Positions 35,247-46,404 are shown, numbered from the stretch's first letter. The stretch is DNA of 64,000 nt from Escherichia coli (GCF_046105845.1 NZ_CP151004.1); one strand, 5' to 3'. Translations and numbers: made by a program. Notes: generated by a model not told the origin, from the letters alone.

Positions 35247-35260
35247 AAAGGAGCAAACCA

Positions 35261-36394
35261 TCAAAACGAAGCTAATTGACCCTGAATCCAGATTTGTTGC
35301 ACATGCAGCCCGCTATCCAGCGCAACGACGCTGGCGCGTTTGCCCGGTTTAAGCGATCCCAGAACATCATCAACACCCAGCATACGCGCCGGATGCAGCG
35401 ACGCCATATGGATGGCTTCCGCAGGCGTTACGTCCGTCAACTCGACCATGTTGCGCACTGCCGCATCGACAGACAGCGTACTGCCCGCCAGCCCACCGGA
35501 CGCGGTACGGACAACGCCACCGTGCATCTGCACTTCTTCACCACATAACGTATAGCGACCATCCGGCATCCCTGCTGCCTGCATCGCGTCGGTGATGAGC
35601 ACGATTCTCTCTTTCGCACAGCAACAACACAGCGACATCGCCGCCGGATGCACATGATTACCATCGGCTATCAGTTCCAGCCAGGCGCGCTTGTCCGTTA
35701 ATCCCGCGCCAACCATTCCCGGTTCGCGGTGATGTAAACCTGTCATCCCGTTATAGCAATGCACCAAGCCGTCGGCACCAGCGTCAAACGCGGCACGGGT
35801 TTGTTGCCAGGTCGCCGCGCTATGCCCCAGCATCACCCGTACGTTTTGCTGTTTAAGATGGCGGATGGCCTGCAATGCCCCTTCTTTTTCCGGTGCCAGC
35901 GCTACCACGCGCAAGGTGTGCTGAGAAACGGCAATCAACTGATCCAGCTCGGCAATTTCCAGCTCGCGAAACAGCTCCGGCGGATGCGCGCCTTTATTCT
36001 GCGGCGTGAAGTATGGTCCTTCGAGATAACTCCCCAGCACTTGCGCACCAGGTCCGCCGCGTTGGCAACGTTGAGCAATACGTTTCAGCGCCGCATGAAT
36101 GGTATTAAGCGGAGCGGTTACGGTGGTCGGTAACCAACTGCCGACACCTTCGCGTGCTTTGTGCATTGCCAGCTTGTCGAGCACATCCGGCGCGTCATCC
36201 ATTACATCAACGCCCGCACCACCGTGTACATGGGTGTCGATGTAAGCGGGGCAGAGCAGTTCCGCATCGCGTTCAGTCACGCCCACTGGAATCGGTTCGA
36301 TTGCTGCGATGACACCGTCAGCAATACGCAACTGATGGTCATCGAGCCATCCCTCTTCAGTCAGCAGCCTTCTGGCGCGCAGAACGTGTGTCAT
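35261..36394 (-). CDS. agaA: N-acetylgalactosamine-6-phosphate deacetylase AgaA, full length
   Basis: 377-aa product from MTHVLRARRLL; start ATG overlaps the agaF stop (ATGA); metal-binding HxH motif (DTHVHGG) present; intact, unlike the truncated K-12 allele. Confidence 0.92.
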   Translation of the reverse strand: MTHVLRARRLLTEEGWLDDHQLRIADGVIAAIEPIPVGVTERDAELLCPAYIDTHVHGGAGVDVMDDAPDVLDKLAMHKAREGVGSWLPTTVTAPLNTIHAALKRIAQRCQRGGPGAQVLGSYLEGPYFTPQNKGAHPPELFRELEIAELDQLIAVSQHTLRVVALAPEKEGALQAIRHLKQQNVRVMLGHSAATWQQTRAAFDAGADGLVHCYNGMTGLHHREPGMVGAGLTDKRAWLELIADGNHVHPAAMSLCCCCAKERIVLITDAMQAAGMPDGRYTLCGEEVQMHGGVVRTASGGLAGSTLSVDAAVRNMVELTDVTPAEAIHMASLHPARMLGVDDVLGSLKPGKRASVVALDSGLHVQQIWIQGQLASF

Positions 36395-36825
36395 ATTCCT
36401 TCCTCGACCGGACATTCTTCATGGCAGCGGCCTAACTCGTCCACCAAACTGGTCAGCCCACGGTGTCCACACTCCAGCGCCTGCACACGGAACTCTTCAC
36501 CGCTTAACCCTTCGCGCTCCAGCACCATCTCCAGTAGCAGTTGCAAATTGGTGCCGGTGATCACTTCACAGCCCGGTTTTTGTATCGCCAGCGTTGAAGC
36601 TACGCGAAACGGCGTGCCGCCCAGCAAATCCGTCAGAAAAACAATGCCGTCTTCACAATCCAGTTGGGCGAAGGCCTCTTCAAGCTGCGATGTAAGCAGC
36701 GCGGTGCTTGAGGTTTCCGGAAAATCGATGGCGATAAACTGCGATTGCTCGCCGAGGATTTGCTTCATTGCTTTTTCCATGCCGCTGGCAAATCCGCCAT
36801 GCCCTGTCAAAATAATACTTAACAT
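36391..36825 (-). CDS. agaF: PTS N-acetylgalactosamine-specific EIIA component AgaF
   Basis: 144-aa ORF MLSIILTGHGGFASGM...; absent from K-12. Confidence 0.93.
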   Translation of the reverse strand: MLSIILTGHGGFASGMEKAMKQILGEQSQFIAIDFPETSSTALLTSQLEEAFAQLDCEDGIVFLTDLLGGTPFRVASTLAIQKPGCEVITGTNLQLLLEMVLEREGLSGEEFRVQALECGHRGLTSLVDELGRCHEECPVEEGI

Positions 36826-36842
36826 CTAATACCTCATTGTAT

Positions 36843-37727
36843 TTAAAGGAAATGACAGAATTTACCGACGATGCCGAGAACCACGGTCACTGCAATCAGG
36901 CGCAGCGGACTCCAGCCGCGGCGTACCAGCCAGAACATGGTCAGGGTGTAGACCAGCGGTAAGAAGGCAGGCATCAGTTTGTCGATAACATCAGCCTGTA
37001 ACTTAACCACTGCGTCGCCCGCTGTGATTTCCAGCGTGGTGCTTAAACGAACATAGGTTGCCACCAGCGCGCCGATTACCGTCATCCCAACGATAGACGC
37101 AGCATGGCCGACTTTTTTGGTATTCGCTTTAATGAGTGGAATCGCCGCCACGCCCATGCGGTAAGCATAATGCGCCAGACCAAAACGCAGCCCCAGGTGT
37201 ACCACGTTGAACAGCACAATAAAGACGACTGCGCCAAGAATGGAGCCTTGCAATGCCAGACTGGCTCCAATCCCGCCACAAATCGGCAGTAGCGTTAGCC
37301 AGAACATTGCATCGCCAATCCCGCCAAGCGGCGCACCGACGGCAATTTTGGTGCTCTGAATACTGTTAACGTCCTGCTTAGAACGCTCCATCGCAAGGAT
37401 AATGCCGATAACAAACGTCACCAGAAACGGATGGGTATTGAAGAAACCCATATGCCCCTTCATGGCGCGCGCCAGGTCGCGTTTATTAGTGTGGATCTTT
37501 TTCAGAGCAGGCAGCAGACCGTACAACCAGCCAGAAGCCTGCATACGTTCGTAGTTAAAAGACGCTTGTAACAGCATGGAACGCCAGGCGACGCGGTTGA
37601 TATCTTTTTTCGTCAGCTCCGCGCCAATGCTCTGATCTTCATACACGTTTTCATTGACGCCAGTCAGCAATGTTTCTTCGTTTTCACTGACGTTCGGCAG
37701 GGTGGTTTGATTAGATGCCATCTTCAA
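36843..37727 (-). CDS. agaE: PTS N-acetylgalactosamine-specific EIID component AgaE
   Basis: 294-aa ORF paralogous to AgaD; absent from K-12. Confidence 0.92.
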   Translation of the reverse strand: MKMASNQTTLPNVSENEETLLTGVNENVYEDQSIGAELTKKDINRVAWRSMLLQASFNYERMQASGWLYGLLPALKKIHTNKRDLARAMKGHMGFFNTHPFLVTFVIGIILAMERSKQDVNSIQSTKIAVGAPLGGIGDAMFWLTLLPICGGIGASLALQGSILGAVVFIVLFNVVHLGLRFGLAHYAYRMGVAAIPLIKANTKKVGHAASIVGMTVIGALVATYVRLSTTLEITAGDAVVKLQADVIDKLMPAFLPLVYTLTMFWLVRRGWSPLRLIAVTVVLGIVGKFCHFL

Positions 37728-38490
37728 ATTCCTCTTTCTGTGCCGCAGGTTGAGTCGGTTCAGGAGATTTACGCAGCAGATCGATCAGCGCCATCGCCAG
37801 CGCGGCGGCAGCAATAGCCAGCACCGGTAACTTGAGCCAGGCGGCGGCAACAAAGCCCAGGATGAAGTAGGGGATGTAGACGTTTTTCATCATGATTTTC
37901 AGCAGCACGGCAAAACCGATTGCTGGCATGATGCCGCCCGCGACGCCGAGGCCGTCGATTAATCGTTGCGGCAGGACATCAATGATGGTTTTGGCATGTT
38001 CTGCGCCGAAGTAGATAGGCAGGAAAGCGCAGAGAAAATAGAAAGTGCCGAGTGCCAGCAATGCCAGATAGTTCACGCGTTCAATGCCGCGTGTATCGGC
38101 GTTCTCCGCCATCCGGTCGCAGCGAGACATCACGCCAGACATCACCGAGAACAGGAAGGTAATCCCCATCTGTACTGCAACAGCGAAAGGTACGGCGACA
38201 CCGACCGCGACATCGGGTTTCACGCCAGTAGTAATGGCAAACGCCGTGCCGACGATAGTACCGATAATCACGTTAGGCGGTTGTGCGCCTGCCAGCGGGG
38301 CCAGCCCCATCCACACCAGTTCCAGCGTACCGCCGGTTAAAATACCGGTATGCAGATCGCCAAGTACCAGCCCGACCAACGGGCCGAGGACCACCGGGCG
38401 GTGCATATGGGTTAGGCCGTTAAACATATCCAGGCCAGCGATAAAGGCGATAATGCCCAACGCGAATGCCTGCAACAGACTGATTTCCAT
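37711..38490 (-). CDS. agaW: PTS N-acetylgalactosamine-specific EIIC component AgaW, full length
   Basis: 259-aa ORF paralogous to AgaC; intact here, truncated in K-12. Confidence 0.92.
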   Translation of the reverse strand: MEISLLQAFALGIIAFIAGLDMFNGLTHMHRPVVLGPLVGLVLGDLHTGILTGGTLELVWMGLAPLAGAQPPNVIIGTIVGTAFAITTGVKPDVAVGVAVPFAVAVQMGITFLFSVMSGVMSRCDRMAENADTRGIERVNYLALLALGTFYFLCAFLPIYFGAEHAKTIIDVLPQRLIDGLGVAGGIMPAIGFAVLLKIMMKNVYIPYFILGFVAAAWLKLPVLAIAAAALAMALIDLLRKSPEPTQPAAQKEEFEDGI

Positions 38491-38500
38491 GATGAATCCC

Positions 38501-38974
38501 TCAAAGTAATTTAAAGAGGTCCACAGCAGGCTCTGTCGGGACGCCCTGAACGAAGCATTCCACCCCAGCGGCTTTCAGGTCGTTAAATGCTGCGATATCG
38601 CCCGCATCTACAGAAACCGTTTTGGCGATTTGTTGCTTGCCATTGGCGTAGTGCATATTGCCAACGTTAATGCGATTCACCGGAACGCCACCTTTCACCA
38701 GCGTCAGGAAATCGGCAGGTGTTTTACAAACCAGCAGGATTTTCTGTCGATCGGCGGCGCGATGAATGTTGTCGATGACTTTTTGCAGCGTCCAGAAACG
38801 TACGGCGATCCCTTCTGCCAGTACCATTTCCATCAGGTTTTGTTGTACCGGATCTTCGGCAACCTCATCGTTGGCTACCAGCACCAGATTTGCCCCCGCA
38901 AATCCGACCCACTGAACGCCGACCTGACCGTGAATCAAGCGTTCATCAATCCGGCTTAAAACAATATTTGGCAT
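38501..38974 (-). CDS. agaV: PTS N-acetylgalactosamine-specific EIIB component AgaV
   Basis: 157-aa product from MPNIVLSRIDERLIHGQVGV; the track's ORF has 12 extra N-terminal codons overlapping kbaZ. Confidence 0.93.
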   Translation of the reverse strand: MPNIVLSRIDERLIHGQVGVQWVGFAGANLVLVANDEVAEDPVQQNLMEMVLAEGIAVRFWTLQKVIDNIHRAADRQKILLVCKTPADFLTLVKGGVPVNRINVGNMHYANGKQQIAKTVSVDAGDIAAFNDLKAAGVECFVQGVPTEPAVDLFKLL

Positions 38975-38996
38975 AGCGTGTTCCTCTTTGTTTTGC

Positions 38997-40277
38997 TTAT
39001 TGGCCTTCACAGGCTGTGTGGTACTGCGCCAGGATGTCCTGAATATGGTTGATAATGAGTTCCCGTGGCGTTGGCTGCAGCTCGCCGGAGCGAACTTTCA
39101 CGTATTGCAGCGGCAGATACTGGCTGATGAGCGGTAGCGGAATTGGTGAATCCGCCAGATTACGAACCAGATGAGCGAAAGCGTCATCAATCTGGCTGTC
39201 CGGCCAGTAATAGCGCACGCGATCCGAGTAGCTATAACCACGCGCCAGGCGACGTGCGTTGCCGTCACCGTGGTAGTGGCTTTGCCAGTATTCCGGGCGG
39301 TCGAGCATCACGTTTTCCAGCACCTGACGCAGACCAGAACAGGCTTTTGCTGGTACCAGTTCTTCTTCAATCGCCGCCAGAGAGAACAGAGCTTCACGCA
39401 GGGCGAAGGTCAGCGCCGGGCCAACTTTCAGAATGGCAAAGTGGTCAATCACCAGCTGGCGCAGCGATTGCGGCGTTTGATAATCGGTAGAGTGCGCTTC
39501 GAAAATCAGCGTTTCGTAGTTTTCGACCATCTGGCTTAAGGCGGTCGCTTTAGCTGGCTGATAATCAATAACGTTGGTGTGATCGAATTCGACGCCGGGT
39601 TGTACCACCAGAGCAATGATGCGTGGCCAGATGGCACTCAGACCCTGCTTTTCAAAGGCGTGACGATGGGCTTCCAGCGTGGCGCGGGCGGCATCCGGCG
39701 TGGTGACCGCCAGCTCGCTTAAGGTTTCATGCGCGCCGCCAGGTACCGGTACTTCGGTACCAATGACATACTCCAGATCGGCTTCGCCAAAGTGTTCAAG
39801 ACAGGTTTCTTCCGCCACTTTCGCCAGACGGGCGGCGCGTTCAGCCACGATGTCATCAGTTAAGGGAATTGGATCGTCCTGACAGGACATACTGCAATCA
39901 AGGTGAATTTTTTTGAATCCTGCCGCCACGTAGCTTTTAATCAAATCATCGGCATTGGCCATTGCCTGAGCGGCTGGCAGGTTTTGCCAGCGGTTTGGCC
40001 CCAGATGGTCGCCTCCCAAAATCAACGCATCCTGTGGGAAATTCAACGAGTCGGCGAGCTGACAAACAAAGCCGCGAAAATCGGCGGGCGTCATTCCGGT
40101 ATAACCGCCGAACTGGTCCACCTGATTGGAGGTTGCTTCAATCAGTAACGGCGTTTGGTTTGCACTGGCGTAGCGGATTGCAGCTTCCAGCACCAGCGGA
40201 TGTGCGGAACAAACGGCATAAATCCCATTTGTTTTACCCTCTTTGTGCTGTCTCACCATTTCTGTCAGATGTTTCAC
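38997..40277 (-). CDS. kbaZ: Tagatose-bisphosphate aldolase non-catalytic subunit KbaZ (AgaZ)
   Basis: 426-aa [36 protein letters not shown]... Confidence 0.94.
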   Translation of the reverse strand: MKHLTEMVRQHKEGKTNGIYAVCSAHPLVLEAAIRYASANQTPLLIEATSNQVDQFGGYTGMTPADFRGFVCQLADSLNFPQDALILGGDHLGPNRWQNLPAAQAMANADDLIKSYVAAGFKKIHLDCSMSCQDDPIPLTDDIVAERAARLAKVAEETCLEHFGEADLEYVIGTEVPVPGGAHETLSELAVTTPDAARATLEAHRHAFEKQGLSAIWPRIIALVVQPGVEFDHTNVIDYQPAKATALSQMVENYETLIFEAHSTDYQTPQSLRQLVIDHFAILKVGPALTFALREALFSLAAIEEELVPAKACSGLRQVLENVMLDRPEYWQSHYHGDGNARRLARGYSYSDRVRYYWPDSQIDDAFAHLVRNLADSPIPLPLISQYLPLQYVKVRSGELQPTPRELIINHIQDILAQYHTACEGQ

Positions 40278-40525
40278 TTTCCTCTCCAGTTCAGATTACT
40301 GCGATATTAATCTTTCGTTTTGTTTCAGTTGATACTGCGCCATGGTGAGATAAAAATAAAACGAAAGATAATAGTTTTCTGATCTGATTCACAAAAGAAA
40401 CATAATGAAAGCCACTGAAACGAGAGTAGCTTGCGCCAATGGGTAAGGTGGGCTTGCATTTGCTTAATAGAAAGGCGTTAATAGGCAAAACGAAATGAAA
40501 CGAAAGTTTTACGAAAGGACTTACT
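40278..40525. promoter_or_regulatory. Divergent kbaZ/agaR promoter region with multiple AACGAAAG/GAAAC AgaR-operator-like repeats
   Basis: atctttcgttttgtttcag, aaacgaaagata, aagaaacataatgaaagcc, gaaacgagag, aaacgaaatgaaacgaaagttttacgaaagg. Confidence 0.65.
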
Positions 40526-41335
40526 ATGAGTAATACCGACGCTTCAGGTGAGAAGCGAATGACAGGCACCAGCGAGCGACGAGAACAGATCATTCAGCGT
40601 CTGCGACAGCAAGGGAGTGTGCAGGTTAACGATCTGTCGGCATTGTATGGCGTATCTACTGTGACGATCCGCAACGATCTGGCGTTTCTGGAAAAGCAGG
40701 GGATCGCTGTGCGTGCCTATGGCGGCGCGTTGATCTGCGATAGCACGACGCCGTCAGTCGAGCCATCAGTGGAAGATAAAAGCGCGCTGAACACCGCAAT
40801 GAAACGCAGCGTTGCGAAAGCTGCCGTTGAGTTGATTCAGCCAGGTCATCGGGTGATTCTCGATTCCGGGACCACCACTTTTGAGATTGCTCGTCTGATG
40901 CGCAAGCACACTGACGTAATTGCGATGACCAACGGTATGAACGTGGCTAATGCGTTGCTGGAAGCTGAAGGCGTTGAGCTGCTGATGACCGGGGGGCATT
41001 TGCGCCGTCAGTCGCAATCTTTTTACGGCGATCAGGCTGAGCAATCGCTGCAAAATTACCACTTCGATATGCTGTTTCTTGGTGTAGATGCGATCGATCT
41101 GGAGCGCGGCGTCAGTACGCATAATGAAGATGAAGCCCGTTTAAACCGCCGGATGTGCGAAGTTGCGGAACGGATCATCGTGGTCACCGATTCCAGTAAA
41201 TTCAATCGTTCCAGTTTACATAAGATCATTGATACTCAACGTATCGACATGATCATTGTTGATGAAGGCATTCCTGCGGATAGCCTGGAAGGGCTGCGAA
41301 AGGCTGGGGTTGAAGTGATTCTGGTCGGGGAGTGA
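40526..41335 (+). CDS. agaR: DeoR-family transcriptional repressor AgaR
   Basis: 269-aa ORF with N-terminal HTH ([23 protein letters not shown]) and DeoR C-terminal domain. Confidence 0.95.
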   Translation: MSNTDASGEKRMTGTSERREQIIQRLRQQGSVQVNDLSALYGVSTVTIRNDLAFLEKQGIAVRAYGGALICDSTTPSVEPSVEDKSALNTAMKRSVAKAAVELIQPGHRVILDSGTTTFEIARLMRKHTDVIAMTNGMNVANALLEAEGVELLMTGGHLRRQSQSFYGDQAEQSLQNYHFDMLFLGVDAIDLERGVSTHNEDEARLNRRMCEVAERIIVVTDSSKFNRSSLHKIIDTQRIDMIIVDEGIPADSLEGLRKAGVEVILVGE

Positions 41336-41389
41336 GAAAGTGTGCCCGCTGGTCAACACGAATGCGTTCGGCGGGCATTGTGAACACCA

Positions 41390-41854
41390 TCAATGGGGTT
41401 CTTCTGTCTCTCGGGTGAGGGTTTCCCAGTCGGCAGGAGGATGTCCTCTTTTTAACATTTTGCTGAATACGGTATAGGCATCTGTTTTTTTACCGTAGGT
41501 GCGCAGAGTGTTTTCATCGTTCATCCATCCCAGAATGATGACTTTCTCTTTTTCACTATAACGAAAGAAGAGACGATAACGACCAGCACCAAATTTTACC
41601 CGTGACCAGTCTTTATTTTTCCCAGAGCCTAACGACTTGCCATGACGGAATGCCGGTGATGATGGATTGACCGTGATATGCTCCTCAATCACTTTATGGA
41701 CTACCGCCAATAACTTTGTGGCGGCTTTTCTCTGATAATTTTCAGGATCTTTTCCCTTTAATGTCTCGACTTCGGCAACTAAAGCGTCGTAGGTTTCCTG
41801 AAAACAGGGATGAGCATATAGCGCCCAACCATTAACCCTTTGTGGAAAATCCAT
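41390..41854 (-). CDS. yhaV: Type II toxin YhaV (ribosome-dependent mRNA endoribonuclease, RelE/ParE superfamily)
   Basis: 154-aa ORF; gene order antitoxin then toxin; stop of prlF overlaps the yhaV start. Confidence 0.93.
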   Translation of the reverse strand: MDFPQRVNGWALYAHPCFQETYDALVAEVETLKGKDPENYQRKAATKLLAVVHKVIEEHITVNPSSPAFRHGKSLGSGKNKDWSRVKFGAGRYRLFFRYSEKEKVIILGWMNDENTLRTYGKKTDAYTVFSKMLKRGHPPADWETLTRETEEPH

Positions 41855-42189
41855 TATTCGTCGTCGCCAATCTCATCATCAATGTTGACGTCCATGCCAG
41901 CGACAAGTTTCTTTCCTTGTTGAATGTTGAATGGACGAGTTTTTTGCGGGTTGTTCTGGATATCTGCATCCAGAAAACGCAAAAATGCATTCATAGTATG
42001 ATCCTCCTGTTCATCTCCCAGTCGGCACATAAATACTTGCCCACCAGGCAGAATTTCGTAATGAATGCTGTCCTGGCCTGGCTTCAGTTTTAAGGCCTCA
42101 CGCACTGGCGCGGGGATAGTTGTTTGTCCGCGTATCGTGACCTTTGATTCAGTGGTCAGTACAGCGTGAGAGCGAGCATTAGCGGGCAT
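41854..42189 (-). CDS. prlF: Type II antitoxin PrlF/SohA (AbrB/SpoVT-type DNA-binding domain)
   Basis: 111-aa ORF MPANARSHAVLTTESKVTIRGQTTIPAPVREALKLKPGQD... with acidic C-terminus. Confidence 0.93.
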   Translation of the reverse strand: MPANARSHAVLTTESKVTIRGQTTIPAPVREALKLKPGQDSIHYEILPGGQVFMCRLGDEQEDHTMNAFLRFLDADIQNNPQKTRPFNIQQGKKLVAGMDVNIDDEIGDDE

Positions 42190-42245
42190 GATTCACTGTC
42201 CTTTTACAGCCTGTTTTCTGCTCAAATTATAAGCTTGAACTAAGG

Positions 42246-42270
42246 TAATGCAAATGCATTATTAATGTAC
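42246..42270. promoter_or_regulatory. Palindromic element upstream of prlF (candidate PrlF-YhaV autoregulatory operator)
   Basis: gtaatgcaaatgcattattaatgtac contains the self-complementary core aatgcatt, 57-81 nt upstream of the prlF ATG. Confidence 0.4.
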
Positions 42271-42283
42271 GTGGGGGCTTTAA

Positions 42284-42313
42284 ACAATAAAAACATGGCA
42301 CTAAGGCCATGTT
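42284..42313 (-). terminator. garD intrinsic terminator
   Basis: Minus strand: aacatggcc-ttagt-gccatgtt followed by tttttatt, 25 nt after the garD stop. Confidence 0.7.
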
Positions 42314-42337
42314 TTGCGAGGGACGTTCCAAAAGAAA

Positions 42338-43909
42338 TCAGGTCACCGGTGCCGGGTTAAACACCGCCAGCTGGTTATGCAGTCCCCATTGATCTGAGAA
42401 GGTTTTCTTCTTCCCGCTGGCGACGTCGAGAATAAAGTGGAACAACTTCCAGCCCACCTCTTCAATAGTTTCTTCGCCGGTAGCGATGGTGCCCGCATTA
42501 ATATCCATTAAATCAAACCAGCGGTTCGCCAGCTCGGTGCGGGTCGCCATTTTAATGACGGGTACCGCCATCAGGCCGTACGGCGTACCGCGACCGGTCG
42601 TAAACACTTGCACGGTAATCCCTGAAGCCACCTGTTGTGTGCCACAGACAAAATCACTGGCTGGCGTCGCGGCGTAAATTAATCCGCGTTTAGTCGGGCG
42701 TTGGCCGGGCGACAGCACTTCAACAATTGCACTTTTACCCGATTTAGCAATGGAGCCGAGCGCTTTCTCCACCACGTTTGCCAGACCGCCTTTCTTGTTG
42801 CCCGGCGAAGGGTTGGCGCTGCGGTCGGTTTTTCCCATATTGAGATAGTTATCGTACCACTCCATCTCCTCCAGCAGCCGTTTGCCGACCTCTTCGTTCA
42901 CTGCGCGTGGTGTCAGCAGATGGATCGCGTCACGCACTTCCGTGACTTCTGAAAACATCACCGTTGCGCCGCAGCGCACCAGTAGATCAGACGCATACCC
43001 AACCGCCGGGTTTGCCGTTACGCCAGAAAACGCATCGCTACCGCCGCACTGCATGCCGACAACCAGTTCTGAAGCCGGACAGGTTTCTCGCTGCCGTTGA
43101 TTCAGTTTGTGCAAATGGCGTTCGGCGACCTGCAAAATATCCTCGACCATGGACTGAAAACCGACATGCTTTTCATCCTGCAAACTGACAATGCTGGCGC
43201 TTTCTACTGGAATAGCTTGCACATCATCCGTTCCAGTCAGCAGGCGTTCAGGCTGCAACTTTTCACAACCCAGACCAATCACCATTACTTCGCCGCCAAA
43301 GTTAGGGTTCAGCGAAATATTGTGAATGGTACGAATAGGCACAACTGCCGCCGGTGCGTTAATCGCCACGCCACAACCGTACAAATGATTCAGCCCCACC
43401 ACGCCATCGACGTTCGGGTATTTCGGTAGCAGATCGCGTTCAATGATTTTTACTACATAGTCCACCACGCCTGCCACACAGTGGACGCTGGTGGTGATGC
43501 CGAGCAGGTTTTTGGTGCCCACGCTGCCATCGGCATTGCGATAGCCCTCAAAGGTGTATCCTTCCAGTGGCGGTAAGGGTGCCGGGACTTTGGTTGCCAG
43601 TGGCAGCGTGTGTAACGGTGGCGCTTCCGGTAGTACAACCATTGATTCGTCGATCCAGCTTCCGCGTGGGATTGCGCGCACGGCGTAACCAATCACTTCG
43701 CCATAACGAATAATTTCACCATTAGCCGGAATGTCCAGCAATGCGACTTTATGCCCCTGGGGAATATGTTCAATTAATTCCAGCCCATCCGGAAAACGCG
43801 TTCCTGCTTTCAGGCCATTATCATTAACAATAATTGCCACATTATCTGTGTCGTGAACTTTTATATAAAACGCAGTTGGCGTTTCTTGTCTGATTTCGAT
43901 GTTGGCCAT
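42338..43909 (-). CDS. garD: Galactarate dehydratase (L-threo-forming)
   Basis: 523-aa [30 protein letters not shown]... Confidence 0.95.
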   Translation of the reverse strand: MANIEIRQETPTAFYIKVHDTDNVAIIVNDNGLKAGTRFPDGLELIEHIPQGHKVALLDIPANGEIIRYGEVIGYAVRAIPRGSWIDESMVVLPEAPPLHTLPLATKVPAPLPPLEGYTFEGYRNADGSVGTKNLLGITTSVHCVAGVVDYVVKIIERDLLPKYPNVDGVVGLNHLYGCGVAINAPAAVVPIRTIHNISLNPNFGGEVMVIGLGCEKLQPERLLTGTDDVQAIPVESASIVSLQDEKHVGFQSMVEDILQVAERHLHKLNQRQRETCPASELVVGMQCGGSDAFSGVTANPAVGYASDLLVRCGATVMFSEVTEVRDAIHLLTPRAVNEEVGKRLLEEMEWYDNYLNMGKTDRSANPSPGNKKGGLANVVEKALGSIAKSGKSAIVEVLSPGQRPTKRGLIYAATPASDFVCGTQQVASGITVQVFTTGRGTPYGLMAVPVIKMATRTELANRWFDLMDINAGTIATGEETIEEVGWKLFHFILDVASGKKKTFSDQWGLHNQLAVFNPAPVT

Positions 43910-44283
43910 TGTGCAATATTCTCCAGCCAGGGGCTATTAAAATGAGGACCTGGTCTCATTTAAAAATAAATGACTTCATTGGGTGAAATAAGAATGTCAG
44001 GAGTTTAAACGCAGAAATGTGATCAATGTCAATCATTTCAGGGATTGCAGTGCCGCCCGGTAAGGTAAAGCGCAAATCTGTGCTTTAGCGCGCAACCTTA
44101 TGTGCATATGCTCAAAATAATATTTAAATAGTACTGATTAAATTAGCATTTGCACAATGATTATTATTCTCCCGCTGCTTATACTAATTCCCGAGTTCAT
44201 TGTCGTAACGGCATAAATAAAACTCATAAATAACACCTTCCCCATAATAATAAAAATCAGCATAAGTACCCGAGGTAAATAAA

Positions 44284-45618
44284 ATGATTCTGGACACCGT
44301 TGACGTAAAAAAGAAAGGCGTGCATACCCGCTATTTAATATTACTGATTATTTTTATTGTTACCGCCGTTAACTACGCCGATCGTGCAACGCTGTCTATT
44401 GCTGGTACCGAAGTGGCAAAAGAGTTGCAGTTAAGTGCGGTTTCGATGGGTTACATCTTCTCTGCTTTTGGCTGGGCCTACTTGCTGATGCAAATCCCCG
44501 GCGGCTGGCTGCTTGATAAGTTTGGTTCGAAAAAAGTTTACACCTACAGCCTCTTTTTCTGGTCGCTATTCACCTTCCTGCAAGGCTTTGTTGATATGTT
44601 CCCGCTGGCCTGGGCAGGGATCTCCATGTTCTTTATGCGCTTTATGCTGGGGTTCTCGGAAGCGCCATCATTCCCGGCGAACGCCCGTATTGTCGCCGCC
44701 TGGTTCCCAACGAAAGAACGTGGTACTGCCTCCGCCATCTTTAACTCGGCGCAATATTTCTCGCTGGCGCTCTTTTCGCCGCTGCTTGGCTGGCTGACTT
44801 TCGCCTGGGGCTGGGAGCACGTCTTTACCGTTATGGGGGTAATTGGTTTTGTGCTGACGGCGCTGTGGATCAAGTTGATTCATAACCCGACAGATCACCC
44901 ACGTATGTCTGCGGAAGAGCTGAAGTTTATCTCAGAAAATGGCGCGGTGGTCGATATGGACCACAAAAAGCCGGGCAGTGTGGCAGCAAGCGGTCCCAAA
45001 CTGCATTACATCAAGCAATTGCTCTCTAACCGCATGATGCTGGGCGTATTTTTCGGACAATATTTTATCAACACCATCACCTGGTTCTTCCTCACCTGGT
45101 TCCCAATTTATCTGGTGCAGGAAAAAGGCATGTCGATTCTGAAAGTGGGTCTGGTCGCCTCGATTCCGGCACTGTGTGGCTTTGCTGGCGGCGTGCTGGG
45201 AGGTGTCTTCTCGGATTATCTGATCAAACGCGGTTTGTCCCTGACCCTGGCACGTAAGCTACCGATTGTGCTGGGAATGTTGCTGGCTTCCACCATCATC
45301 TTATGTAACTACACCAACAACACCACGCTGGTGGTCATGCTGATGGCGCTGGCTTTCTTTGGCAAAGGATTTGGTGCGCTGGGCTGGCCAGTGATTTCTG
45401 ACATCGCGCCGAAAGAGATTGTTGGTCTCTGCGGCGGCGTCTTTAACGTCTTTGGCAATGTTGCCTCCATTGTCACTCCACTGGTGATTGGCTACCTGGT
45501 AAGTGAATTGCACTCCTTCAATGCAGCACTGGTTTTCGTGGGATGTTCAGCGCTGATGGCGATGGTCTGCTACCTCTTCGTAGTTGGCGACATTAAACGT
45601 ATGGAATTGCAGAAATAA
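44284..45618 (+). CDS. garP: Galactarate/glucarate/glycerate MFS transporter GarP
   Basis: 444-aa 12-TM MFS protein; divergent from garD. Confidence 0.94.
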   Translation: MILDTVDVKKKGVHTRYLILLIIFIVTAVNYADRATLSIAGTEVAKELQLSAVSMGYIFSAFGWAYLLMQIPGGWLLDKFGSKKVYTYSLFFWSLFTFLQGFVDMFPLAWAGISMFFMRFMLGFSEAPSFPANARIVAAWFPTKERGTASAIFNSAQYFSLALFSPLLGWLTFAWGWEHVFTVMGVIGFVLTALWIKLIHNPTDHPRMSAEELKFISENGAVVDMDHKKPGSVAASGPKLHYIKQLLSNRMMLGVFFGQYFINTITWFFLTWFPIYLVQEKGMSILKVGLVASIPALCGFAGGVLGGVFSDYLIKRGLSLTLARKLPIVLGMLLASTIILCNYTNNTTLVVMLMALAFFGKGFGALGWPVISDIAPKEIVGLCGGVFNVFGNVASIVTPLVIGYLVSELHSFNAALVFVGCSALMAMVCYLFVVGDIKRMELQK

Positions 45619-45633
45619 GCAAAGGTATAAGCG

Positions 45634-46404
45634 ATGAATAACGATGTTTTCCCGAATAAATTCAAAGCCGCACTGGCTGCGAAACAGGTACAAATTGGTT
45701 GCTGGTCAGCACTCTCTAACCCGATTAGCACTGAAGTTCTTGGTTTGGCTGGGTTTGACTGGCTGGTGCTGGATGGCGAACATGCGCCAAACGATATCTC
45801 CACGTTTATTCCGCAGTTAATGGCCCTGAAAGGCAGCGCCAGCGCGCCAGTAGTGCGAGTGCCGACCAACGAGCCGGTAATTATTAAGCGTCTTCTGGAT
45901 ATCGGTTTCTATAACTTCCTGATTCCTTTTGTAGAAACAAAAGAGGAAGCAGAGCAGGCGGTGGCATCAACTCGTTACCCGCCGGAAGGCATTCGCGGCG
46001 TCTCCGTTTCTCACCGCGCCAATATGTTTGGCACCGTGGCGGATTATTTCGCTCAGTCGAACAAGAACATCACTATTCTGGTCCAGATAGAAAGTCAGCA
46101 GGGCGTAGATAACGTCGATGCCATTGCCGCTACCGAAGGTGTAGACGGCATCTTCGTCGGCCCCAGCGATCTGGCTGCGGCATTAGGCCATCTCGGCAAT
46201 GCCTCGCACCCGGATGTACAAAAAGCAATCCAGCATATTTTTAACCGTGCCAGTGCGCACGGCAAACCCAGCGGTATCCTCGCACCGGTCGAAGCCGATG
46301 CGCGTCGTTATCTGGAATGGGGGGCGACGTTTGTGGCTGTCGGCAGCGATCTCGGCGTCTTCCGCTCTGCCACTCAGAAACTGGCTGATACCTTTAAAAA
46401 ATAA
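45634..46404 (+). CDS. garL: 5-keto-4-deoxy-D-glucarate (2-dehydro-3-deoxyglucarate) aldolase
   Basis: 256-aa HpcH/HpaI-family aldolase. Confidence 0.95.

Noticed and set aside
35003-35256. Small ORFs (74-80 aa) in the agaS-agaA spacer
   Set aside because: They span REP palindromes and AgaR-operator-like repeats; the region is regulatory, not coding.
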